Below, in pieces: positions 48,738 to 57,099 of a stretch of DNA of 64,000 bases. Origin of the DNA: Spirochaetia bacterium (GTDB taxonomy: Bacteria > Spirochaetota > Spirochaetia > SZUA-6 > Bin103). The position numbers were made by a program, and so were the translations under genes. The stretch lies in the NCBI GenBank assembly GCA_965203055.1, contig OZ241863.1:3936001-4000000 (forward strand), read 5' to 3'. The notes beneath the pieces were generated by a model. That model was not told the origin of the DNA. It did no database searches and saw only the letters and a list, made by a program, of their open reading frames with translations. Positions within the stretch are counted from its first letter, which is position 1, and the number at the start of each line of letters is the position of its first letter.

Positions 48738-50300
48738 CTACCGGCCCTGGTCGGCTACGGTCATCAGCAGGCGGTCGAGGCCGGCGTCCATCATGGCGCG
48801 CACGTAGCCGTCCCAGGCCTGGTCGACGTCCACCTGGCCGGTGAGCGCCTTCCAGGCGAACTCCTGCTCGACGGTGCCGATGTTGGCGAGCAGCGCGCGT
48901 TCGTCTTCGTTCCAGGTCGGGCGGAACCCGTAGCCCGGGAACCCCACCTGGTTGTCCTCGATGTACTTCTGCAGCGCGTGGCGACCCGGCGCGATGTACA
49001 CCTTGTCGATCGGCGGCACGATGTGGGCGACGTGCCCGCTGAACATGCGCGCGCCGCGCTGCGCCAGCTCCGACGGCTCCATCAGGTTGCCGATCGCGTA
49101 GCCGCGGTCGTCGATCTCCCAGGCCTCGCCCCGGGCGCCGCCGTGGTGGCCGAAGGCGTACTCGTCGAAGTCGGTGTAGATCGCCTCGGCCATCTGCAGC
49201 AGCGTCACCGCCACCTCATCGCTGGCGTTCACCCCCACGCACCAGGGCCCCCAGTTGGGGTCGCGGTACCAAGTGCCGCGCCGGCCGTCAGGTCCGGCCG
49301 GGGTGACCGAGTAGGCGATCGGGCCGTCCGGGTTGACCTCGCGGTAGGCGCCCCAGGGTCCGGCGCCGGTGTTCGACATCCAGGCGTCCAGCTCCGACCA
49401 GGCGCCGAACTCGTCGTTGGCCATCGCCTGCAACACGTCCTGGCGCACCATGGTGGGCATGTTGGGGTGGATGATCTCCTTCTCCCACCACGTGTTGACG
49501 TACTTCAGCGCGTCCCGGTAGTTGGGATCGACCATCGAGTAGTAGCCGTTGCCGCCGCGCACCTCCCACACGTTCAACTGCACGCCGAACGCGCCGAACA
49601 CGCTCGGCAGGATCGTCCTCTGAAAGGCGTCGTTGTTCTTCCACACCGCATAGCCGTAGGAGTCCTTGCGCCCGTTGCCGTCCGGGTCCTCATTGCGGAA
49701 CGCCAGCAGCAGGCGCTCGATCGCTTCGAGGCTGTCGGGGCCGGCGTAGAAGTCGGTGCCCGGCACCGGCTCCAGCTCGTAGCCCAGATTCCGCATCCAG
49801 TCGCCGCGGAAGCCGATCACCTGCCCGGTCGACGCCATCGACAACGCCGTCGGCACCGCGTAGTTGACGCCGTCCACCATGGTGCGCCGCCACACCTCCT
49901 CGCCGAGATAGTGGTCGGCCCAGCGCATGTACCCCGGCATGTGGGCGCGGATCAGCTCCTGCGGCAGCTCGCGCACGATGCCCAGATCGACGTAGGCCGG
50001 ATTGAACCCGCCGAGATAATCGGGAATGTCCCCGGTCGCCAGGCGCACCTGTCTCGATTCGGCGTCGTACGAGTCGATGTCGTACCAGGGCCGCAGGTCG
50101 ACGTTGAACCGCTCCTCCAGGTGTCGTTCCACGGCGCTGTCCGGCGCCAGGGTGGTGCCGCGCGTGGTCCACGGAATCATGGTGATGACCAGCCGGCCGT
50201 CGCCGGTCGTTGCCTCCTCCCCCTCGGCGGCGGCGAACAGGTGGCCGGCGGTGACCGCCGCCAGCACGGCGGTCAGCAGCGCAGTGCGGATTCTCATCAT
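48738..50300 (-). CDS. extracellular solute-binding protein (carbohydrate, LplA-like)
   Basis: AAGGAG SD; signal peptide, RLATGDIPD, FRNEDPDGNG. Confidence 0.85.
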   Translation of the reverse strand: MMRIRTALLTAVLAAVTAGHLFAAAEGEEATTGDGRLVITMIPWTTRGTTLAPDSAVERHLEERFNVDLRPWYDIDSYDAESRQVRLATGDIPDYLGGFNPAYVDLGIVRELPQELIRAHMPGYMRWADHYLGEEVWRRTMVDGVNYAVPTALSMASTGQVIGFRGDWMRNLGYELEPVPGTDFYAGPDSLEAIERLLLAFRNEDPDGNGRKDSYGYAVWKNNDAFQRTILPSVFGAFGVQLNVWEVRGGNGYYSMVDPNYRDALKYVNTWWEKEIIHPNMPTMVRQDVLQAMANDEFGAWSELDAWMSNTGAGPWGAYREVNPDGPIAYSVTPAGPDGRRGTWYRDPNWGPWCVGVNASDEVAVTLLQMAEAIYTDFDEYAFGHHGGARGEAWEIDDRGYAIGNLMEPSELAQRGARMFSGHVAHIVPPIDKVYIAPGRHALQKYIEDNQVGFPGYGFRPTWNEDERALLANIGTVEQEFAWKALTGQVDVDQAWDGYVRAMMDAGLDRLLMTVADQGR

Positions 50301-50331
50301 GGTTGCTCCTTGCGACAGTATCATCCGCCGA

Positions 50332-50366
50332 ATTGTCCCCCCCCCCCCCCCCCCCCCGGCTGTCAA
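50332..50366 (-). promoter_or_regulatory. promoter with a G21 homopolymer in the -35/-10 spacer
   Basis: TTGACA-GCC-G21-ACAAT on the minus strand (C run 50337-50357). Confidence 0.55.
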
Positions 50367-50512
50367 GGATCCGCCCGCGGCGGGTCGGCCTGACTACTAC
50401 GCTAACCGGCGCTACGAGATTTTTTCGCGTATAAGATTGACGAACGGACCTTATGGTCGGCAATGATACCTGCGAAACGTGATGAATTCACGCTTCGCGT
50501 TGAGGTAGTCTG

Positions 50513-51826
50513 ATGCTAATCAGTTTTTCGGTCACGAACTGGATGTCCTTCCGGGACCGGGTTACCCTGTCGATGGTCGCGAGCCGCGAGCGCCAGCACG
50601 GCCGGCGGGTGGCGCGTCTTGGCCGGTACCAGATGAGGGTGCTGCCCATCATGGCGCTCTACGGTGGCAACGCGTCGGGCAAGACCAATCTCGTCAAGGC
50701 GCTGTCCTTCGCCAAGACCCGGATCGTCGAAGGTTCGGCGCCGGGCGGCCGCATCCCGGTAATTCCCTTTCTGCTGGACAATGACTGCGCGCAACAGCCA
50801 TCGCGCTTCGAATTCGAGATTCTGATAGCGGGGTGCGTCTACGCGCTCAGCTTCTCGGTAACCGGAGAGAAGGTGATCGAGGAACGGTTGGTGAGAGTCG
50901 GCAGCACCAGCGAGCGAACACTCTACGCCCGCCGGCACGGGGACTACATTTTCGATAGAACCTTGAGAGAGAATCTGTTTCTCGAGTACCTCCGGCGCGG
51001 TACCCGCGACAATCAGCTCTTTTTGACCAACTCAGTATCACAGAACGTAGAGAACTTCAAGGACATCTACAATTGGTTCAATGACAACTTGCAGATAATT
51101 ACTCCCGAAACTCGGTACGGACTGCCGTCGTTCTATGAAAATAGCAGCGTCGCCGACAAGATGAACGAGATGTTGCTCAACTTCGATACCGGGATTTCCC
51201 GGATGGACAGCGAGCGGCTACCGGCTGAATACCTCAAACTTCCGGCGCCGGTCAATAAAAGATTACAGGATGAGATTAGCGAAGGGAAAAGCGTACATTT
51301 GGCAGGTCCATCCAATCAGTACCTGAAGATGACTCGCGAGAACGGTGACCTCGTAGCCAGCAAATGCGTGACCGTGCACCGGATGACCGATGGCACGGAA
51401 ACCCACTTCGAAGTAGCGCAGGAGTCGGACGGATCACAGCGGTTCATCGATCTCCTGCCCGCGTTTATCGATCTTTCGTCCGGTCATTCAGAGCGGGTCT
51501 ACGTCATCGACGAGATGGACCGCAGCCTGCATACCTTGCTCACTCGAAGGCTGCTTGAACACTATCTGGCGGCCTGTACCCCCAGAATCCGAGCACAACT
51601 GCTGTTCACGACCCATGACGTGCTGCTGATGGACCAACGCTGGTTGCGCCGCGACGAAATGTGGGTAACGGAGCGGGACACTTCCGGCGCTTCGAGCCTG
51701 CTGTCGTTCAGCGAATACCGCGATGTCCGCTACGACAAAGATATACGCAAGAGCTATCTGCAAGGCCGGCTGGGCGGTATTCCCCGTATCAACCCGACGG
51801 AGTCGGTTCACGTTGGCGCGGAATAG
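50513..51826 (+). CDS. RloA/AbiLi-like ABC-type ATPase (AAA_21)
   Basis: NWMSFRD, GGNASGKTN, ESDGSQR, IDEMDRSLH, FTTHD, YLQGRLGG. Confidence 0.9.
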   Translation: MLISFSVTNWMSFRDRVTLSMVASRERQHGRRVARLGRYQMRVLPIMALYGGNASGKTNLVKALSFAKTRIVEGSAPGGRIPVIPFLLDNDCAQQPSRFEFEILIAGCVYALSFSVTGEKVIEERLVRVGSTSERTLYARRHGDYIFDRTLRENLFLEYLRRGTRDNQLFLTNSVSQNVENFKDIYNWFNDNLQIITPETRYGLPSFYENSSVADKMNEMLLNFDTGISRMDSERLPAEYLKLPAPVNKRLQDEISEGKSVHLAGPSNQYLKMTRENGDLVASKCVTVHRMTDGTETHFEVAQESDGSQRFIDLLPAFIDLSSGHSERVYVIDEMDRSLHTLLTRRLLEHYLAACTPRIRAQLLFTTHDVLLMDQRWLRRDEMWVTERDTSGASSLLSFSEYRDVRYDKDIRKSYLQGRLGGIPRINPTESVHVGAE

Positions 51827-52427
51827 ACGCCGTTTCGTGAGACCGACCGGCCAGCGCCGCTACCGCAAGATATTTGTCATAGCCGCTGAGGGAATCAAGA
51901 CCGAACCGAGTTACTTCGCCCTATTCAACGATCACTCGGTAATTCACGTGACCTGTCTGAAAGGCAACCAGGGGAGCGCCCCGGCGCAAGTATTGCAGCG
52001 CATGCAGCGATACCTGGAACGTGACGAAATCACGAAGCCTGACGAGGCGTGGATAGTTGTGGACAAGGACCAATGGACCGACAGGCAGTTGGCCGAGCTT
52101 CAACGGTGGTCCCAGGGAGCGGACAACCGCAATCTTGCCCTCAGCAATCCCAAATTCGAGTACTGGCTGCTGCTGCACTTCGAAGACGGCGCCGGAATTT
52201 CGTCATCACGAGAATGTTCTCGCCGACTGCGCCGGCATCTCCCAGACTATGACAAAGGTGTCGATCGCCGAAAGTTCACCCGAGACAAGATCGACAGTGC
52301 CATTGAGCGCGCGCAGGGGAGAGATTCCCCGCCGTGTAGAGACTGGCCGCGGGAGCCGTGGCGCACGACCGTCTACCGGCTGGTCCGCAACATCCTCAAG
52401 GCGCAAGCGGTATCGCAGCCGGCGTAA
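51813..52427 (+). CDS. RloB family protein
   Basis: AEGIKTEPSYF, WIVVDKD, SNPKFEYWLLLHF, YDK. Confidence 0.9.
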   Translation: MARNRRRFVRPTGQRRYRKIFVIAAEGIKTEPSYFALFNDHSVIHVTCLKGNQGSAPAQVLQRMQRYLERDEITKPDEAWIVVDKDQWTDRQLAELQRWSQGADNRNLALSNPKFEYWLLLHFEDGAGISSSRECSRRLRRHLPDYDKGVDRRKFTRDKIDSAIERAQGRDSPPCRDWPREPWRTTVYRLVRNILKAQAVSQPA

Positions 52428-52478
52428 CAAGAGGCGAGCCGGGCAGTGATGTGCAATGCCGGACGGACCGCGGCTGCT

Positions 52479-53738
52479 TTAAGGGGACTTCGGCGGGTCG
52501 GCGGCTAGCCGGTAGAGGGCGAAGTTGCCCCAGCCGGGGCCGTGCTCGTCGGAGTCGGCGAACACCGCGAAGCCGCCGCCGCGCGCCGGCAGCACGAACT
52601 CGGCGGCGTTGTTGGCGTGCGGTGACCCGTAGCTCGCCTGCCATTGCACCGCCCCGGCCTCGGTCACCCGCACCACGTAGGCCCGCCAGGTGTTGAGCGG
52701 GTCGCCGGGCCGCGCCTCGTTGCCCGGCTCGACCCCGCTGCCGCAGGCGGTGATGAAGCCGCCGCCCGGCACCGACCGCACGCCGTAGCACTCCTCGAAC
52801 ATCCGCTCCGGCGCGCCGCCGTTCGGCTCGCCGAACGACACGTTCCAGAGTTCACGGCCCGCGGCGTCGACGCGCACCAGCCAGCCGTCCCAGCAGCCGC
52901 CGGGGCAGGCCGCCAGATGCCCGGCGAGGATGAAGCCGCCGTCCGGCGCGGCGTCGAAGTCGAAGGGGTGCGAAGTGCCGGCGCCGTAGGAAATCGGCGC
53001 GGCCATGTTGCCGTGCTCGTCGCTGAAGCCGAGGCAGAACGCCGTCTGCCCGGCGCGCCCGCGGCAGGCGCCGAACACGGCGTAGCCGGGCGCGTCGCTG
53101 CGCGGCAGCACCCGGAACGGCTGGAAGAACCGGGCGGCGGCGGCGCGCTCCCAGATCACGTTCAAGTCGGCGTCCAGCTTCATGATGAACCCGCGCCCGG
53201 TGTCGACCAGGAACGTGGCCAGCTCATCCTGCGCGGCGCCGCGGTAGCCGACCGCGACGATGGTGCCGTCAGGGTTCAGCGTGATGCCCTCGATGGCGCC
53301 GCGCCCCGCGGCGGGGTAGGTGCGCCGCGCCATGACCTCGCCGTCGGGGGCGAGGCGCAGCAGCACGCGCTCCTCCCGCACGGCGCCGGTTCCGGCGTCC
53401 CAGGAGCCGGCGACCAGAATGCCGCCGCCCGCTTCCTGCAGCACGAAGTTGCCCAGGTTGAAGCGCCCCGCTCCGTAGGAGCGCGCGAACCGGAGGGCGC
53501 CGCGCTCGTCGGTGCGCACCACGAAGATGCGGGCGCGCGCCTCATCGGAGGACTCGCCGACGATCACGTAGCCGCCGTCGGCGGTCTGCACTGCGGCGTG
53601 CGGATGCTCCTCGCTCTCCGCCCCGCCGTAGCCGTGCACCCACAGCACCTGCGGCCCGCCGCCGGGAGCGGCGGCGCCCCGGCCGGCCGTCAGCAGCAGC
53701 GCCAGCACCAGCGCGGCACGGCGCGCGGCGTTACCCAT
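52479..53738 (-). CDS. secreted repeat protein (probable beta-propeller)
   Basis: Signal peptide; repeated xxDGGY/FxxxG and W..xYG units. Confidence 0.75.
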   Translation of the reverse strand: MGNAARRAALVLALLLTAGRGAAAPGGGPQVLWVHGYGGAESEEHPHAAVQTADGGYVIVGESSDEARARIFVVRTDERGALRFARSYGAGRFNLGNFVLQEAGGGILVAGSWDAGTGAVREERVLLRLAPDGEVMARRTYPAAGRGAIEGITLNPDGTIVAVGYRGAAQDELATFLVDTGRGFIMKLDADLNVIWERAAAARFFQPFRVLPRSDAPGYAVFGACRGRAGQTAFCLGFSDEHGNMAAPISYGAGTSHPFDFDAAPDGGFILAGHLAACPGGCWDGWLVRVDAAGRELWNVSFGEPNGGAPERMFEECYGVRSVPGGGFITACGSGVEPGNEARPGDPLNTWRAYVVRVTEAGAVQWQASYGSPHANNAAEFVLPARGGGFAVFADSDEHGPGWGNFALYRLAADPPKSP

Positions 53739-53740
53739 CG

Positions 53741-54646
53741 TCAGCCCTTCACCGAGCCGAGCATGATGCCCTTGACGAAGTAGCGCTGCAGGAACGGGTA
53801 CACCGCCACGATCGGGCCCATCGACACGAACAACAGCGCCGCCTTCAGCGGCTCGGGCGTGATCATCCATATCTCATCCTCCGGCAGAATCTCCATCTGC
53901 GTCGTGACCTGATTCTCCAGCAGCACGCGCCGCAGCAGGACCTGGAGCACCGTGAGCCGCTTCTCCGGCGTGAAGATCAGCGGAAAGAACCAGTCGTTCC
54001 AGTGCGCCACCGCGGCCCACAGCGCCACGGTCGCCACTACCGGCGCGGACAGCGGCACGATGATGCGGAACAGCACCTGCAGCAGGCTGGCGCCGTCGAT
54101 GGTAGCGCTCTCGGTCATCTCCGCGGGGATCTCGCGGAAGAAGTTGCGCATGATGATGACGTAGTAGGCGTTGGCGGCCAGGTGCAGCAGCCACGCCAGG
54201 CGCGTATCGAGCAGGCCGAGCTGCTTGTACCACAGGAAGGTAGGGATCAGCCCGCCGGAGAAGAACATCGTGAACACCATGAGGAAGGTGAGCGTCCTGA
54301 TGCCGGGCAGGGTGCGGTCGGCGAGCCCGAACGCCGCGGTGAAGCTGACCAGCAGGATCAGTGCGGTACCGAGCGTGCTCTTGAAGATGGAGTTGAAGTA
54401 GGCGGTGCCGAGCGCCGCGCCGGCGAATACCTTGGCGTAGTTGTCCAGGGTGAATTCGCGCGGCCACAGCTTGATCCGATCCTGCACCGAGGCAGGCGGC
54501 GTATTGAACGAGTCCACCAGCAGATACCAGAAGGGGTAGAGGATCGAGGCAGTGAACAGGATCATCGCCGCGCCGGTGAACAGGCGCAGGGCGGCGGCCT
54601 CGAAGCTCATCGGCCGCCCGGGCAGCGCGCGCGCCGGGATGCTCAC
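53741..54646 (-). CDS. carbohydrate ABC transporter permease
   Basis: MFFSGGLIP, ESATIDGAS, HWNDWF, YPFLQRYFVKGIMLGSVKG. Confidence 0.92.
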   Translation of the reverse strand: MSIPARALPGRPMSFEAAALRLFTGAAMILFTASILYPFWYLLVDSFNTPPASVQDRIKLWPREFTLDNYAKVFAGAALGTAYFNSIFKSTLGTALILLVSFTAAFGLADRTLPGIRTLTFLMVFTMFFSGGLIPTFLWYKQLGLLDTRLAWLLHLAANAYYVIIMRNFFREIPAEMTESATIDGASLLQVLFRIIVPLSAPVVATVALWAAVAHWNDWFFPLIFTPEKRLTVLQVLLRRVLLENQVTTQMEILPEDEIWMITPEPLKAALLFVSMGPIVAVYPFLQRYFVKGIMLGSVKG

Positions 54647-55650
54647 GTCAGCGTGTAGGCGCCGGCCTGGCCGAGGCGCTTGATGAACCAGTTGGCGCCC
54701 ACCAGGGCGGCCAGCCCGATCACGTTCTGGAACAGGCCGACCGCGGTGGCGAAGCTGTAGCGGAAGTCCTGCAGTCCGACGCGGTACACGTAGGTGCCGA
54801 TGATGTCGCCGACATCGTACACCAGGGGATGGTAGAGGTTGAAGATCTGGTCGAACCCCAGCTCCAGGATGTTGCCGAGTTGCAGCAGGAACATGATCAC
54901 GATCACGAAGGTGATCGCGGGCAGGGTGATGAAGCGCATCTGCTGGAGGCGGCCGGCGCCGTCGATCTGCGCCGACTCGTACAGCGCCGGATCGATGCCG
55001 CTGATGGCGGCCAGGTAGATGATCGACCCCCAGCCCACCCCCTTCCAGACGTCGCTGACCAGCACGATGGCCAGGAAGGTGCCGGGCCGCTGCAGGAACA
55101 GGATCGGCGTCTCCAGCCCGGCTGCCGCGGCCAGCAGGTTGAGCGGGCCGGTGCTGGCCGCCAGCGGACGGATCAGGCTGGCCACCACCACCCAGGAGAG
55201 GAAGTGCGGCAGGTAGCTGACGGTCTGCACCACGCGCTTGAAGCGCAGGTTGGCTACCTCGTTGAGCAGCAGGGCGAAGACGATGGGCATGAAGAAGGCG
55301 ATGCCCATGCGCAGCACGCCGTTGATGAACAGGGTGTTGCGCAGCACGCGGAAGAAGTCGGGCGACTGGAACAGGCGCTCGAAGAACTTCCAGCCGGCCC
55401 ACGGGCTGCCGAACAGGCCGCCGGTCACGGTGAACTGCTTCCAGGCCAGCACGATGCCCGCCATCGGCACGTAGCGGAACACCAGGAACAGCGCCAGCGC
55501 CGGGATCAGCAGCAGGTAGCGTTCCTTGTACTTGAGCAGGTTGGCCGCCCGCGGGCCGCAGGCCCGCGGGCGGCCCGCGGGCGCGGGCCGCCGCGGCGCC
55601 GCCTCGGGTACCGCCTGTCCGTGCCGCAACACCGCCGCCGAGTGTCGCAT
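54643..55650 (-). CDS. carbohydrate ABC transporter permease (LplB-like)
   Basis: YLPHFLSWVV, YESAQIDGA, FDQIFNL. Confidence 0.92.
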   Translation of the reverse strand: MRHSAAVLRHGQAVPEAAPRRPAPAGRPRACGPRAANLLKYKERYLLLIPALALFLVFRYVPMAGIVLAWKQFTVTGGLFGSPWAGWKFFERLFQSPDFFRVLRNTLFINGVLRMGIAFFMPIVFALLLNEVANLRFKRVVQTVSYLPHFLSWVVVASLIRPLAASTGPLNLLAAAAGLETPILFLQRPGTFLAIVLVSDVWKGVGWGSIIYLAAISGIDPALYESAQIDGAGRLQQMRFITLPAITFVIVIMFLLQLGNILELGFDQIFNLYHPLVYDVGDIIGTYVYRVGLQDFRYSFATAVGLFQNVIGLAALVGANWFIKRLGQAGAYTLT

Positions 55651-55674
55651 GCCGCCCCTGCCGCCGCAACACCG

Positions 55675-55923
55675 GAGCCGCAGGATGGCGTCGTCCTCGC
55701 CGGCGGGAAAGTCGGGCCGCTTGCGCAGCTCCGGCAGCAGTTCCCGCAGGCGCTCCATGAAGTACGCGCGCCGCGCGGCGTCGGACGCGAACGTCATTCC
55801 CAGGCACTCGACCGGTTCGGGCGTCATCGGCTGTTCGTCGAACAGGCGTCCGCTGCCGGCCGTGCCGGGGACGACCTCGGTACGGAAGATCCGGTCCTGC
55901 GCGCCGGCGTGCCGCTCAGCCAT
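55675..55923 (-). pseudogene. N-terminal relic of a DNA methyltransferase (BREX type 3 PglXI-like)
   Basis: VECLGMTFASDAARRAYFMERLRE..PDFPAGEDDAILRL, then abrupt loss of similarity; family from recollection. Confidence 0.55.
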
Positions 55924-55971
55924 ACCGACCGCTGGAGAACTGCGGGGTGACCGAGATCCTCGGGCGTGTCG

Positions 55972-56976
55972 TCAGGTCCCGTCGCCGCCTGCCGCGGCCG
56001 CGCCGTTGGGTTGGCTCTTGAGCTTCTGATACTCCTGCTCGTCGATCCCGGTCGCCCGCTCGATCATCGACCAGTCGACGCCGGCCCGCAGGAAACCGTC
56101 GATCGTCTCCAGACGGCCTTCGCGTTGGCCTTCGCTCCGGCCTTCGCGATGTCGCTGTTCGGCAACCGCTCGCATCTCGTCACGCATCTGGTCGCGCCCT
56201 TCCTGGCGCAGCCGCTCGCCGCTCGTCATCAACTCTCCTCCTGCCGCCGTGTGGCTCAGTATATCGCCCATCGCCTCGGACGTGTCTTCAGGTCCCGTCT
56301 CCGCGATATAGTGCATGAACATCTTCATGTCGTCCTGCCCGCCGCTCCCTTCCCGCTCCAAGTCGTCGAACAGCGGCCGCATCCGCGCCCGCGCCTCCCG
56401 CACGGCGCGGTTGAAGGCGTGCATCATCGTCAGTTGCAGCAACCGCGCCCGGACGCTGCCGGCCGCCTGCGCCGGCGACATCTGAGTCTGGTCGAACAGC
56501 AGGTGCTCGAACCGGGGCAGCCACGGCCAGTCCCGCGTTGCGGCCGGAAACAGGTCAGCGAACTGCGGGGAATGCTGCCAGCCGGTGGGACCCTGGTAGA
56601 ACACCAGCGGCAGGATCGGGCGCAGGTAGCCGGCATCCTTGTGGACTTGGCGGTCGTGCTCCCAGATGCCGCAGCAGTAGCCGAGGAGGCGCAGGCGCAG
56701 CCAGTAGTCCGGGGTGGACTGATGCTCGAACAGCAGGTAGAGCCAGAGCGGAGCCTGCGCGGCGCCGGGTGCGGCGTAACCGATCTCGAACAGCAGGTCG
56801 GAAGCGGTGCCGCGGAGGTCCGGGGCAACGAAGGAAGCAGGGAGCCGCTTGAGCGTGGGCCAGTGCAGGGAGTGGCTGAGCGACGCGGGCAGCCGGGCTT
56901 GCAGGAATGACGCGGCTTCTGCCGGGGCGCCGAACACGCGCTTGAACAGACGGTCGTGGGGCTGATGGATGGCCAT
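55972..56976 (-). CDS. Rpn (YhgA-like) recombination-promoting nuclease / putative transposase
   Basis: HDRLFK, SDLLF, LFEHQS, PLVFYQG, C-terminal REGR repeats and ATG(I)D. Confidence 0.9.
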   Translation of the reverse strand: MAIHQPHDRLFKRVFGAPAEAASFLQARLPASLSHSLHWPTLKRLPASFVAPDLRGTASDLLFEIGYAAPGAAQAPLWLYLLFEHQSTPDYWLRLRLLGYCCGIWEHDRQVHKDAGYLRPILPLVFYQGPTGWQHSPQFADLFPAATRDWPWLPRFEHLLFDQTQMSPAQAAGSVRARLLQLTMMHAFNRAVREARARMRPLFDDLEREGSGGQDDMKMFMHYIAETGPEDTSEAMGDILSHTAAGGELMTSGERLRQEGRDQMRDEMRAVAEQRHREGRSEGQREGRLETIDGFLRAGVDWSMIERATGIDEQEYQKLKSQPNGAAAAGGDGT

Positions 56977-57067
56977 GTCCCATACAACGGGCCGGACGTC
57001 CGTGGCGCTTCAACGCACGGTCACGGAAACTTGCCGGCATCCTCTACGCCCAGGAACTGGCCGGGCG

Positions 57068-57092
57068 GCTAAGCTAAGCTAAGCTAAGCCAA
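57068..57092. repeat. pentanucleotide tandem repeat (GCTAA)4-GCCAA
   Basis: Direct reading of the intergenic sequence. Confidence 0.8.
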
Positions 57093-57099
57093 GGTCGCG

